Below the pieces are notes generated by a model. The model made no database searches. It was not told the origin of the DNA and saw only the letters and a list, made by a program, of their open reading frames with translations. 64,000 nt of DNA from an uncultured Acidobacteriota bacterium (GTDB taxonomy: Bacteria; Acidobacteriota; Thermoanaerobaculia; Gp7-AA8). The stretch is from NCBI GenBank assembly GCA_963741955.1, contig CAVUKB010000004.1:480001-544000 (forward strand), given 5' to 3'. The stretch's first letter is position 1. Each line of letters starts with the position of its first letter. Positions 23,467 through 33,140 of the stretch are shown here, piece by piece. The position numbers and the translations under genes are program-made.

Positions 23467-25995
23467 GTGCGTGTTGGGGGTGTGGAGCTGCGTCAATTTC
23501 TGAAGAGCCGGCGCGGCGGAGAGCTGATCGGAATCGTGATCTCCGCCATCGGGGTGGTCGTCGCGGCGTCCCTCGTCACGTACCACCCCACGGATTCGTC
23601 CGCCTTCTTCACCTCCTCCACGGTCGAGATCCGCAACGCCATCGGTTATTACGGTGCGACGCTCGCGTGGATTCTCGTCAGTTTCTTCGGATTTGCGAGC
23701 CTTCTGTTCCCGCTCACACTGCTGGTGATCGGCTGGAACCGCTTCTGGGGCCGTGAGCTCGAATTCGTCCAGACGAAACTGATCGGATTCATCGTCCTCG
23801 CTCTCTCGGTGCCGCCTCTGTTCGATCTGCTGTTCGCGAAGATCTGGTTCCGTCGCGCCTTCATCCAGGCGGGCGGATATCTCGGAAGCGAGATCGACGG
23901 GGCGGTGCGAGCGAACTTCAACGGAATCGGAGCAGGGATCGTATTCGTGACTGCGCTCCTGGTCGGAGTCCTTCTCGCGACCCGGATCAGTCTCGGCTCG
24001 GTCTTTCTCCGGCTCAAAGAGCTGCTCATCGTAGCTGGACGCGCGCTGCACGTGCGATGGGTGCGGCTGGTCGAACGTCGCCGCAAGGAAAAGATGAAGA
24101 CCGATGTGATCCGAAAGCACCTCGACCGGGCCGTGGAGATCCACGCGACCCCGAATTCGGAACACGACGAGCGGGGAGTGGTGGTCCGCGAAGTTCGAGG
24201 AGAGGGTCGTTTTCAGATCCGCAAAGTCACCCGCGCGGATCTGCGGAAGGCGGCGGAAGAGATTGCCATTCACGGCAGCCGTGACCCGTGGGAGCGGTGG
24301 GCCGAACAGGAGAGTTTCGACGATCTTCTCCCGGAAAACGTCACCCCGATCCGAAGTCAGTCCGCGGAGGAGATGGAAGAAGAGCGCGAGATTCAGGAGC
24401 GTCCGTCACGACGGTCACGCACCATCCCGAAGCCGCAGGCTCGGCGGACGAAGGCTTCCAGCTCGTCTCTGCGCCGCACCGCACTCGCCCGCGGTTCGAA
24501 TCTTTCGCGTGAGCGGCTGCCGTACGTCGGACTCCTCACTCCCGGTCCTCAGAACGACGGAATCACGGAAGAGGTGCATCGGAAGTTTCTCGACGTCGGG
24601 AAGGTCATCGAAGAGCGCTGCCGCGAGTTTTCGGTGGAAGGAGAGGTGACCGCGTACCATCCCGGTCCGGTCGTCACCACGTTCGAGTTCAAGCCGTCGG
24701 CCGGCGTCAAGTACGCCAAAGTGGTGAACCTCGGCGACGATCTCGCGCTGGGCCTGAAGGCGGAGTCGATCCGTATCGAGCGGATCTCGGGATCGTCGAC
24801 GGTCGGAATCGAAGTTCCGAACCGGAAACGCGATCTGATCGCGCTCCACGACATCATCGACAGCGACGCTTTCGTACAGTCGCAATCTCTGATGACCGTC
24901 GCACTCGGAAAGGACATTCACGGCGATCCGTTCGTGACCGATCTCGCGAGGATGCCGCATCTGCTGGTCGCGGGCGCAACCGGCGCCGGAAAGTCGGTCG
25001 GCCTGAACTCGATGATCGTCTCGCTTCTCTACAAGGCGCTTCCGAGCCAGCTGCGGCTGCTGATGATCGATCCGAAGATGGTCGAGCTGAAGATGTACGA
25101 AGACATTCCGCATCTTCTGCATCCCATCGTCACTGATCCGAAGCTCGCTTCGAATGCGCTGATCTGGGCAGTGCAGGAGATGGAAGGTCGATACCGGCAG
25201 CTCGCGGAGTGCGGGGTCCGCAACATCGACCAGTACAACGCGCTGCTGCAGGACTCCGAGGCGTGGCAACGGGTGGTACGTCGCAACGGAGGCGACATTG
25301 AAGCGCCCGTTCCCGATCCGATGCAGTTCGTGGTCATCATCATCGACGAGTTCGCGGACCTGATGATGGTCGCCTCGAAAGACGTCGAGGACTCGGTGAC
25401 CCGACTCGCTCAGAAGGCGCGCGCGGTCGGAATCCACCTGATCGTGGCGACGCAGCGCCCGTCAGTGGATGTCATCACGGGAGTGATCAAAGCCAACTTC
25501 CCATCGCGCATCTCCTACCAGGTTGCTTCGAAGATCGACTCGCGGACCATTCTCGATACTCAGGGGGCCGAAAAGCTCCTCGGCAACGGCGACATGCTCT
25601 TCCTCCCTCCCGGGACCGCGAGAATCCGGCGAATCCACGGAGCGTACGTGTCGGAGAAGGAGATCGGCGAGATCGTCGACTTCGTGAAGAAGAACCAGGG
25701 CGAGCCGAAGTTCATGGAAGAGATCACCAGGCCGACCGAGGAGAAGGGCGGCGCGGACGGGATCGAATACCTCAGCGACCCGAAGTACGACGACGCGGTT
25801 CGAGTGGTCCTGACCACCGGACAGGCATCCGCTTCCTATCTTCAGCGCCGTCTCAAGCTCGGTTACTCGCGTGCAGCCCGGCTGATCGAGATCATGGAAG
25901 CGAACGGAATCGTCGGCCCCAGCCAGGGATCGAAGCCGCGCGAGATCCTCGTTCGTGCCGACGATTATCCGGGCATCATGGAGATGGGCTCCTAG
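23467..25995 (+). CDS. ftsK: DNA translocase FtsK
   Basis: 4TM N-terminus; MPHLLVAGATGAGKSVG, IIDEFADLMM, ATQRPSVDVITG; gamma domain LQRRLKLGYSRAARL. Confidence 0.96.
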   Translation: MRVGGVELRQFLKSRRGGELIGIVISAIGVVVAASLVTYHPTDSSAFFTSSTVEIRNAIGYYGATLAWILVSFFGFASLLFPLTLLVIGWNRFWGRELEFVQTKLIGFIVLALSVPPLFDLLFAKIWFRRAFIQAGGYLGSEIDGAVRANFNGIGAGIVFVTALLVGVLLATRISLGSVFLRLKELLIVAGRALHVRWVRLVERRRKEKMKTDVIRKHLDRAVEIHATPNSEHDERGVVVREVRGEGRFQIRKVTRADLRKAAEEIAIHGSRDPWERWAEQESFDDLLPENVTPIRSQSAEEMEEEREIQERPSRRSRTIPKPQARRTKASSSSLRRTALARGSNLSRERLPYVGLLTPGPQNDGITEEVHRKFLDVGKVIEERCREFSVEGEVTAYHPGPVVTTFEFKPSAGVKYAKVVNLGDDLALGLKAESIRIERISGSSTVGIEVPNRKRDLIALHDIIDSDAFVQSQSLMTVALGKDIHGDPFVTDLARMPHLLVAGATGAGKSVGLNSMIVSLLYKALPSQLRLLMIDPKMVELKMYEDIPHLLHPIVTDPKLASNALIWAVQEMEGRYRQLAECGVRNIDQYNALLQDSEAWQRVVRRNGGDIEAPVPDPMQFVVIIIDEFADLMMVASKDVEDSVTRLAQKARAVGIHLIVATQRPSVDVITGVIKANFPSRISYQVASKIDSRTILDTQGAEKLLGNGDMLFLPPGTARIRRIHGAYVSEKEIGEIVDFVKKNQGEPKFMEEITRPTEEKGGADGIEYLSDPKYDDAVRVVLTTGQASASYLQRRLKLGYSRAARLIEIMEANGIVGPSQGSKPREILVRADDYPGIMEMGS

Positions 25996-26230
25996 CCCCA
26001 ATGGCCCGAACTACTTAAGCAAAATCCGCGTCTCAGCCGGGAGTCGGCGCGAGCTTGATGGGCAGCCAAGGATCCCCTTTCCGAGGCTCCGAGGGGCGCC
26101 ACGGCTCCCGCCGTGGCCGCGCAGATCGCCTTCAGAACGCAACGAGACGACACCTGCGGCAGATGCGCAGTAACTCCGCGCATCGGCTCTGTGAACACCC
26201 ACAGCGCCCCTTAAGTTCGGGCCATTGCTC
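25996..26230. mobile_element. MITE-like element C (235 bp)
   Basis: Subterminal inverted repeats CAATGGCCCGAAC(tac)TTAAG / CTTAAGTTCGGGCCATTG; CTAG on both sides (25992-25995, 26231-26234); only one copy in the window. Confidence 0.7.
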
Positions 26231-26234
26231 CTAG

Positions 26235-26393
26235 GAGTCTGCGCGATAGAAACTGTCCTGCTGCGAAAACGGATCAGCGGTCCAAATCCGTCCGGATTTT
26301 CGGCGAGTAGCCACCGCTACGCACCTCAAATCCGAACGAATTTGGCCTCGCTGCTCCGCTTTCTCGCTACGGACGTTTCTACCGCGCAGACTC
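26235..26393. mobile_element. MITE-like family A, copy 3 (159 bp)
   Basis: Same length and inverted termini as copies 1 and 2; flanked by CTAG and CTGG. Confidence 0.88.
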
Positions 26394-26397
26394 CTGG

Positions 26398-26422
26398 CCC
26401 GCATTTCTCACACCATCTCTGC
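26398..26422. mobile_element. Terminus of MITE-like family B
   Basis: cccgcatttctcacaccatctctgc is the family B terminal repeat. Confidence 0.75.
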
Positions 26423-26600
26423 GGGCAGGTTTGCAGCCCGGGCATCCCTCGCACTGCACCAGCGCGCCGCAGGAACCATCCGAGTTCGCCGACTTCTGCT
26501 CCCGGATGATCCGGAGGTATGCGTGAGGCGACGGCTCGTCTGACCCGTGGAGCTCCTGCTGCAATTTCGGCAGCGGAGCAGACGTTGCGGACGATCGGAG

Positions 26601-26629
26601 TTGCCGGATCGCTGCGGCTGCTTTACAAT
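26601..26629 (+). promoter_or_regulatory. Putative sigma70 promoter of tRNA-Arg
   Basis: TTGCCG-N17-TACAAT, about 20 nt upstream of the tRNA. Confidence 0.55.
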
Positions 26630-26648
26630 CCCCCGGTTTTCGCATCGC

Positions 26649-26725
26649 GCGCCCATAGCTCAGCTGGATAGAGCGTCGGCCTCCGGAGCCGAAGGTCAGA
26701 GGTTCGAATCCTCTTGGGCGCACCA
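26649..26725 (+). tRNA. tRNA-Arg(CCG)
   Basis: Acceptor GCGCCCA/TGGGCGC, D arm TAGCTCAGCTGGATAGAGC, anticodon stem TCGGC-CT CCG GA-GCCGA, GGTTCGAATCC, encoded CCA; 77 nt. Confidence 0.97.
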
Positions 26726-26897
26726 CCTCTCTTTTTCTCTTGCGTTCTCTGCCGGCCGGAGGGAGCTTTCTGATTTTCGCTGCCTCTCGTCCCGTCGATT
26801 TCGCACGTTCTTCCGATTCTCTTGATCCGCCGTTTCCCATTTCTCCGCGGCTCGGTATAATGCCCCCGCCAACCGCCGATCGAGGTCGTTCGCCTGC

Positions 26898-27842
26898 ATG
26901 TACGGACCACTGAAAGTATTCACGGGAAGGGCCCATCCATCGCTCGCTCACGAGATCTGTAACATCCTCGGCATTGCGCCGGGGAGGGTTTCGCTCTACA
27001 ACTTCTCGGACGGCGAAAACTACGTTCAGATCGACGAGAACGTTCGCGGCGCGGACGTCTTCATCATTCAGCCGACCTGCCCTCCGGTGAACGACAACCT
27101 GCTCGAGCTGCTGATCATGCTCGATGCGTTCAAGCGGTCGTCGGCCAGCCGGATCACGGCGGTGATCCCGTACTACGGCTACGCACGGCAGGATCGGAAA
27201 GACAAACCTCGCGTTCCGATCACCTCGAAGCTGGCGGCGGATCTCCTGACTGCGGCCGGCGCGAACCGGATCCTCACCATGGACCTTCACGCGCCGCAGA
27301 TCCAGGGCTTCTTCGACATCCCGGTGGACCATCTCTTCGCGGCGCCGGTGCTCGTACGGCACCTGAAGACTCTCGAGCTCCCGGACCTGACCATCGTTTC
27401 TCCGGACGCCGGCGGAGTCGAGCGCGCCAGAGCGTACGCCAAGAGACTCGGGGCGTCCCTTGCGATCGTCGACAAGCGAAGAATCGCCAAGAACCAGACC
27501 GAGGTCATGAACATCATCGGTGAGGTCGAGGGACGGAACGTCTTCATCGTCGACGACATCATCGACACGGCAGGGACCCTGATCCACACCGTTCAGGCCC
27601 TGACCGAACAGGGAGCCAAATCCGTCTCCACGGCCTGCACCCACGCAGTCCTTTCGGGGCCGGCGATCCAGCGAATCCGCGACTCGGATCTCGAGCGCGT
27701 CACCGTGACCAACACCATCCCCACCTCGGAGAAGGAGTCACGCTGTCCGAGCATCACCTCGCTCTCGATCGCGGATCTTCTCTCCGAGGCGATCAAGCGG
27801 ATTCACAACGAGGATTCGGTCAGCTCCCTTTTCGAGATGTGA
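26898..27842 (+). CDS. prs: Ribose-phosphate pyrophosphokinase
   Basis: FSDGE, PYYGYARQDRK, VSPDAGGVERA, VDDIIDTAGT. Confidence 0.97.
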   Translation: MYGPLKVFTGRAHPSLAHEICNILGIAPGRVSLYNFSDGENYVQIDENVRGADVFIIQPTCPPVNDNLLELLIMLDAFKRSSASRITAVIPYYGYARQDRKDKPRVPITSKLAADLLTAAGANRILTMDLHAPQIQGFFDIPVDHLFAAPVLVRHLKTLELPDLTIVSPDAGGVERARAYAKRLGASLAIVDKRRIAKNQTEVMNIIGEVEGRNVFIVDDIIDTAGTLIHTVQALTEQGAKSVSTACTHAVLSGPAIQRIRDSDLERVTVTNTIPTSEKESRCPSITSLSIADLLSEAIKRIHNEDSVSSLFEM

Positions 27843-27975
27843 GCCCCCCGGGCGTCGCTTCCGGTCGGATAGGAAAAGGACCGGATTCGGAGTAGAATCG
27901 GCGGCCCGCTGGAATATTCAGCGCCACAACCAGCTTTGAAATGCGTCGTTTGCACGATTTAAGGAGCTTTCTGAC

Positions 27976-28626
27976 ATGGCCGAGCTGCAATTGGAAGTTT
28001 CTCGCCGCGACCGCACCGGGAAAGAATACGCGAAGAAACTTCGGCGAAACGGAGTGATCCCGGCGGTCGTCTACGGTGGGCACCGCGAGCCGGTACCGAT
28101 CGAGGTCGACCGGAAACAGGTGACGGAGCTCGTCACCAAGAGTCAGCACGGACTCCGTTCGATCTTCCTGCTGAAGATGAAGGACAGTGACCAGCAGCGT
28201 CACGCGATGATCAAGGAGATCGACGTCGATCCGGTGAGCCGGACGATGCGGCACATCGACTTCGTCCGGGTGGTAATGGACGAAATCGTCCGGGTCACGA
28301 TTCCGATTCATCACGTCGGGACCGCGGTCGGGCTCAAGATGGGTGGCCTGCTCGATTTCCAGCTCCGCGAGCTCCACGTCGAGTGTCTGCCGGATGCGAT
28401 TCCGGACACGATCGACATCGACGTGACTGCACTGGAGGTCGGGCACTTCTACCGGATCTCGGATCTGAACCTCCCCGAAGGAGTGAAGGTCCTGGACGAT
28501 CCGGAGCGCGTGGTGGTGAGTGTGTCCATGCCGCGAGCCGAAGTCGTCGAGGAAGCGGCCGAAGAGGAGACCGAAGCCGCCGAACCGGAGCTCATCCGGA
28601 AGGCAAAGGACGAAGAAGAGGAGTGA
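27976..28626 (+). CDS. rplY: 50S ribosomal protein L25/Ctc
   Basis: LRRNGVIPAVVYG, HIDF, ECLPDAIP, acidic tail; follows prs. Confidence 0.95.
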   Translation: MAELQLEVSRRDRTGKEYAKKLRRNGVIPAVVYGGHREPVPIEVDRKQVTELVTKSQHGLRSIFLLKMKDSDQQRHAMIKEIDVDPVSRTMRHIDFVRVVMDEIVRVTIPIHHVGTAVGLKMGGLLDFQLRELHVECLPDAIPDTIDIDVTALEVGHFYRISDLNLPEGVKVLDDPERVVVSVSMPRAEVVEEAAEEETEAAEPELIRKAKDEEEE

Positions 28627-28648
28627 GCCACTCCACTCTCGATTTTCC

Positions 28649-28681
28649 ACGCCCCGCCACAGTGCGGGGCGTTTTCATTTT
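28649..28681 (+). terminator. Rho-independent terminator after rplY
   Basis: acgccccgc-cacagt-gcggggcgt followed by a T-rich tract. Confidence 0.8.
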
Positions 28682-28764
28682 GAGCCGAGTGCCTCCCGCG
28701 GAGGGAAGAGAGCCGCGTTCCACCTCGTTGAGATAGCAGAGTCGATCGAGCAAAGAGGAGCTTC

Positions 28765-29364
28765 ATGAAACGCATCGTCACGATTCTCGCTACGCTCTCC
28801 CTTCCCTGGATCCTTGTGGCCGGTTGCGCTCGTCGGGAGACTCCCGTCCAGGCGCCGGCATCACCCACAGCGAATGCCGCTGCCGATGTGGCCCCCGAAG
28901 CTCCGTCGGTCACCGGCGCGCCGCAGGGTGTCACCGCCGCGACACTCTCCGATTGGCACGCCAACAAGCTCGACGGCGGAACTTTCCAGGTCGCCGACAT
29001 GAAGGGGCAAGTGGTCCTGCTCAACGTGTGGGCTACCTGGTGTCCTCCGTGCCGTCAGGAGGTTCCGGATCTGATTCGTCTTCAGAAGCAGTTCGGAGAG
29101 AAGGGTCTCAAGGTGGTCGGTGTCAGCGTCGACGACGGTAAGGACATGGAAGACGTGCGGAAGTTCGTGTCGAATTACGCGATCAACTATCCGGTGGTGC
29201 TCGACCCCACCTCCGAGATCGCGAACAAGCTGCAGTCGACAGTCATCCCCATCTCGGTTCTTCTGGACAAGGAGGGGAGGATGGTCTGGTACCAGCAGGG
29301 ATCGATCATTGCGGGAGACCCGCAACTTCTTTCCGCCATCGAGCGAACCCTGACCGCCAGCTGA
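28765..29364 (+). CDS. TlpA/ResA-family thiol:disulfide oxidoreductase lipoprotein
   Basis: Lipobox VAGC; LNVWATWCPPCRQE. Confidence 0.9.
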   Translation: MKRIVTILATLSLPWILVAGCARRETPVQAPASPTANAAADVAPEAPSVTGAPQGVTAATLSDWHANKLDGGTFQVADMKGQVVLLNVWATWCPPCRQEVPDLIRLQKQFGEKGLKVVGVSVDDGKDMEDVRKFVSNYAINYPVVLDPTSEIANKLQSTVIPISVLLDKEGRMVWYQQGSIIAGDPQLLSAIERTLTAS

Positions 29365-29580
29365 CCGGAGGGGCTCCGCGGCAGGTCATCGCGCTGTTGG
29401 GGCGCGAAGTTCGTAGGTCGCGAGTCGTGGGACTCCGCCACTCCTCTCCCTGCACCGCGAGTGGGGACATTTAATCCGCCGCGCGAGGATTGCGCCACGC
29501 GACCGCTCGGGGCCGGAGGCGGATGGCGCGGAGCGGGTCCGCGCCTCGCAGAAACTTCTTCGTGGGGGATCGTGCGAGCT

Positions 29581-29781
29581 TTACGCGCTCTTGCGCCGAT
29601 CCGGCGTCCGTCGCGGTCGACCCCGTCTTTCCTGACGTCTCTTCACCCACTGCCGGACGTTGGTGGCGACATTCCGGGCGATGGTGTCGACTGCCAGTCG
29701 CATCGGGACGTACGCGAGCATCAGGCCGACCACGATGGTGGCGGCCAGGAACGCGAGCGCGATGATCAGAGTCAGAGGCAT
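29581..29781 (-). CDS. Small single-TM hypothetical protein (66 aa)
   Basis: MPLTLIIALAFLAATIVVGLMLAYV followed by a basic ERR..PRR.PDRR tail. Confidence 0.5.
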   Translation of the reverse strand: MPLTLIIALAFLAATIVVGLMLAYVPMRLAVDTIARNVATNVRQWVKRRQERRGRPRRTPDRRKSA

Positions 29782-29857
29782 GGTTTTTCCGTTTGGCCGG
29801 GTTCTCCCGGCGAGAGATACGTGCAAATCGGCGGCCGGAATTCGGAGGGATCTGATC

Positions 29858-30262
29858 TCAGCCCGTCTTGCCGGGTCGCAGCCGGTGCTCTCGTTTGGCG
29901 AAGTCTCGCGCCGTCCGAAGCAGCACGCTCAGGTCGAATGGTTTCATCAGCACACGGCCGACGGTCCGGTCGAGCTTGTGGGACGGCATCGCGGTCATCA
30001 CGATGACATTCTCGAGATTTTCCGGGTCCTTCCGGCGCAGATGCTGGAGAACGCCATAGCCATCGATTCTCGGCATCATCAGATCGAGCAGAATCACGTC
30101 GAATTTGCTCTCGTCGATCCGTTCGATCGCCTCGAACCCGTTCTCTGCGGTCGTGACGTCGAAGTCGTTGCGCTCGAGCATCTTCGAGACCATCGCCCTG
30201 ATCGCTTCGTCGTCGTCGACGACGAGAACCTTCGCGTGGTGATTTTCAAACTGATGCTCCAT
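29858..30262 (-). CDS. Single-domain response regulator (receiver)
   Basis: KVLVVDDD, DVILLDLMMPRIDG, VMTA, KPF. Confidence 0.88.
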   Translation of the reverse strand: MEHQFENHHAKVLVVDDDEAIRAMVSKMLERNDFDVTTAENGFEAIERIDESKFDVILLDLMMPRIDGYGVLQHLRRKDPENLENVIVMTAMPSHKLDRTVGRVLMKPFDLSVLLRTARDFAKREHRLRPGKTG

Positions 30263-30338
30263 ACAGGAGTGCCCTGTCGGGGAAGAAGCAAATAACTTGC
30301 CAGGCTCGGTCAGCGCGGGACGGAGGTGGCGTGATTCA

Positions 30339-31103
30339 CTAGTGGAACCACGATCCGCCGTTGATGTCGATCGTCGCCCCTGCGAGGTAATCCGAGAGGG
30401 GAGAGGCGAGAAACAGGATCGTGTTCGCCACTTCTTCGGCTGTTCCGATCCGTCCCGTCGGCACTTGCGCCGTGAGCTCTGCCCGCTTGTTCTGCAGTTC
30501 GCTCTGCGCCATGTCGGTCTCGATGAATCCGGGGGCGACGCACGTCGCGATGATCCCGTCGCCGGCACATGCGCGGGCGAGCGAACGCGTCAGATTCACC
30601 AGCGCCGCCTTCGATGCGCCGTAATCGGCGAATTCCGTCTCTCCACGGAATGCCGCGCGGGATGCGACGTTGATGATCTTTCCTCCACCCTGGGCGCGCA
30701 TGAGTGGGAGCACGAGGTGCACGAGGTTGGCCGCGCCGAAGACGTTCACTTCGAACGTCCGGTGCCAGCCTCGCTGCCAGTTCTCGTAGTCGCCGCCGTA
30801 GAACGGGTTGTACGCGAAGATCGCCGCGTTGTTCACGAGGACGTCGATCCTTCCGAATCGATCCACCACCTCGTCGACCATGTTCGAACAATCGGACGGA
30901 TTCCCGACGTCAGCCTTCACCGCGAACGCTCGCTCGGCTCCGATCGACGTGACGACTTCCTGCGCCGCAGCTTCACGCGAGAGGAAGTTCACCGCGACAT
31001 ACGCGCCGGCCCGTCCGAGAAGAATTGCGGCTTCCCGCCCGATTCCTCGTGAAGCTCCGGTGATCAGAATCGATTTTCCGCTGAGGTCGATCTCCATCCC
31101 CAT
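30339..31103 (-). CDS. Short-chain dehydrogenase/reductase
   Basis: TGASRGIG, LVNNA, YGASK, PGFIETDM. Confidence 0.9.
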   Translation of the reverse strand: MGMEIDLSGKSILITGASRGIGREAAILLGRAGAYVAVNFLSREAAAQEVVTSIGAERAFAVKADVGNPSDCSNMVDEVVDRFGRIDVLVNNAAIFAYNPFYGGDYENWQRGWHRTFEVNVFGAANLVHLVLPLMRAQGGGKIINVASRAAFRGETEFADYGASKAALVNLTRSLARACAGDGIIATCVAPGFIETDMAQSELQNKRAELTAQVPTGRIGTAEEVANTILFLASPLSDYLAGATIDINGGSWFH

Positions 31104-31183
31104 GATCCAGCCTCCGTGGTGAGATGCGGGAAACCTTACCAGAGAAGAGAGTACGTCGCGGCACGAGGTCGTACAATCGGCAC

Positions 31184-31483
31184 GTGCCACTCTTCAGACG
31201 AACGAGCAACGACGAGCGTGCAGTTCCGGTCGAGATCTACTCGCGCCGCGAGTGTCACCTCTGCGATGTCGCGGAGGGCCTGATCGAGAGTCTCGCGCTC
31301 GAGCACCATCTGGTTCTGGATGTGCGGGTGATCGACGTCGATTCCGACGCGGAACTCCGCAGGTTGTATGGAGAGCTCGTTCCCGTCGTCTTCGTCGATG
31401 GAAAGAAGGCGTTCAAGTTTCGGGTCGATCCGGAGAAGTTCGTCACCAGGGTCCGCCATGCGGCATCGAAACGTCGAAAGTGA
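31184..31483 (+). CDS. Glutaredoxin-like protein (DUF836-type)
   Basis: YSRRECHLCD, YGELVPVVFVDG. Confidence 0.8.
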   Translation: MPLFRRTSNDERAVPVEIYSRRECHLCDVAEGLIESLALEHHLVLDVRVIDVDSDAELRRLYGELVPVVFVDGKKAFKFRVDPEKFVTRVRHAASKRRK

Positions 31484-31499
31484 CATCAGGAGGTCGCCA

Positions 31500-31823
31500 A
31501 TGGGTCTGGCCGAGAAGGAATGCATCTCCTGCCGCGGAGGCGTCCCGCCGTTGGGAGCAGACGACGTGACCCGCCTTCTCGCGGAGCTGGGCGGCGGATG
31601 GGTGGCGGCCGAGCGGCACCATCTCGAAAAGGAGTTCCGGTTCGACGACTTCCGCGCGGCTCTCGATTTCACGAACCGCATCGGTGCCCTCGCGGAGCAG
31701 CAGGGCCATCACCCCGACATCCACCTCTCGTGGGGAAGGGTCCGGGTCGAGATCTGGACCCACAAGATCGACGGGCTCACCGAGAGCGACTTCATTCTCG
31801 CCGCGAAAATCGACCAGGTGTGA
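31500..31823 (+). CDS. phhB: Pterin-4-alpha-carbinolamine dehydratase
   Basis: AEQQGHHPDI, WTHKIDGLTESDFILAAKID. Confidence 0.9.
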   Translation: MGLAEKECISCRGGVPPLGADDVTRLLAELGGGWVAAERHHLEKEFRFDDFRAALDFTNRIGALAEQQGHHPDIHLSWGRVRVEIWTHKIDGLTESDFILAAKIDQV

Positions 31824-31879
31824 GACAACGAGCTCCGGTCCGTCCGCCGCCACTCCATCGCTGAACCGGGATTCTTCGA

Positions 31880-33052
31880 TCAGAGCACCCGGTGGCTCTG
31901 GAGCTCTCTCTTCACGAAGGTGTAGATGATCGGCCCGAGCACCAGTCCCTGCAGCCCGAACGCGACCTGACCGGCGAAGAGGGCAAGGAGGATCTCCCAC
32001 ATCTGAGAGCCGGTCTTGGAACCGACGATCCGGGAGTTCACCACGTACTCCAGCTTGTGGATCAGCACAAGGAAGACGAGCGACGAGACCGCGGTCCCGG
32101 GCGAGATCCCGAACGAGACGATCACGATCACGGTGTTGGAGATCAGATTCCCAACCACCGGTATCAGGCCGCAGACGAACGTGATCAGAACGATGGTGCC
32201 GGAGAACGGCAGCCGGCTGTGAAACGCCGGCAGCAGGACCAGGAGGTAGACCGCAGTCAGAAGGGTGTTGATCGTGGAGATCTTCAACTGCGCCGAGACG
32301 ACCCGGGCGAACGCCTCGGTGAAGCGCTTGATCTTTTCGAGCAGGAGCGACGAGAACCGGGTGCCGCTCGCTTCTCCGTTCGCCGGAACATGCCGGAGGA
32401 AAACCATCGCTGCGAGAAGGAGAGCCATGATCGCGTGCATCGTCCCGAGGGTGAATGTCTCGCCCGCGATGCCGATGACGTTGGAGTGCGACTTCAGCCA
32501 CTCGACGATGATCTTCTTGAAGTCCTCGGCGTCCTGCACGGCCTCGGGGAACATCTCGTATCCACCGAATCCGACCAGCCAGAGGCGCGTCGATTCGATG
32601 ATGTCCGCCATCGCTCCCATCAGTCGCGGGATGTTCTTGATCTGGGTGCGGAAGACTCCGACCACCAGCGCGGTGGCGGCGGTCACGATGGCCGAGCCGA
32701 TCACCGTCGCGGAGAAAAGCGCGAGCGGCCGTATCGCGCCCGCGGCGCGTCCCCGAAAGCGGCTGCGGAAGAACGCCGAGATCTTGTCCAGGAGGATGTA
32801 GAACGCGAGACCGACGACCACCGCGGGTACGAGGTGACGATAGAACACCAGCAGGATCGCCGCTCCCATCAGAATCCACGCCGCGATCTCCGAGCGCGAG
32901 ATCGTCGGCGTCGTCGCTGCCTGCACCGCGGGGAGGACCCCATCGACAGGCCGGACGTCGATCCTCACCGATTCGGGCGGTGTCTTCGGCACTTCCTCGG
33001 GAACGGGCAGGTTACTGATGATTCCCTCCTGGCAAAAGATGCCTATCCACAC
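31880..33052 (-). CDS. AI-2E family transporter (start uncertain)
   Basis: Multiple TM helices; LIPVVGNLISN, IHKLEY..N.RIVG, GLVLGPIIY. Confidence 0.8.
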   Translation of the reverse strand: MWIGIFCQEGIISNLPVPEEVPKTPPESVRIDVRPVDGVLPAVQAATTPTISRSEIAAWILMGAAILLVFYRHLVPAVVVGLAFYILLDKISAFFRSRFRGRAAGAIRPLALFSATVIGSAIVTAATALVVGVFRTQIKNIPRLMGAMADIIESTRLWLVGFGGYEMFPEAVQDAEDFKKIIVEWLKSHSNVIGIAGETFTLGTMHAIMALLLAAMVFLRHVPANGEASGTRFSSLLLEKIKRFTEAFARVVSAQLKISTINTLLTAVYLLVLLPAFHSRLPFSGTIVLITFVCGLIPVVGNLISNTVIVIVSFGISPGTAVSSLVFLVLIHKLEYVVNSRIVGSKTGSQMWEILLALFAGQVAFGLQGLVLGPIIYTFVKRELQSHRVL

Positions 33053-33140
33053 ACTAAGACCTTACGTTTGCCGGGGATATTTCGTTTCTTTACGGATGTT
33101 CAGATTCCGTCACGCCGGGGGAGAGGGACTCCCGCCGAGA

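Noticed and set aside
26396-26730. tRNA-Arg as an integration site of a genomic island
   Set aside because: No integrase and no duplicated tRNA 3' end was noticed. Flanking genes are core (ftsK, prs).
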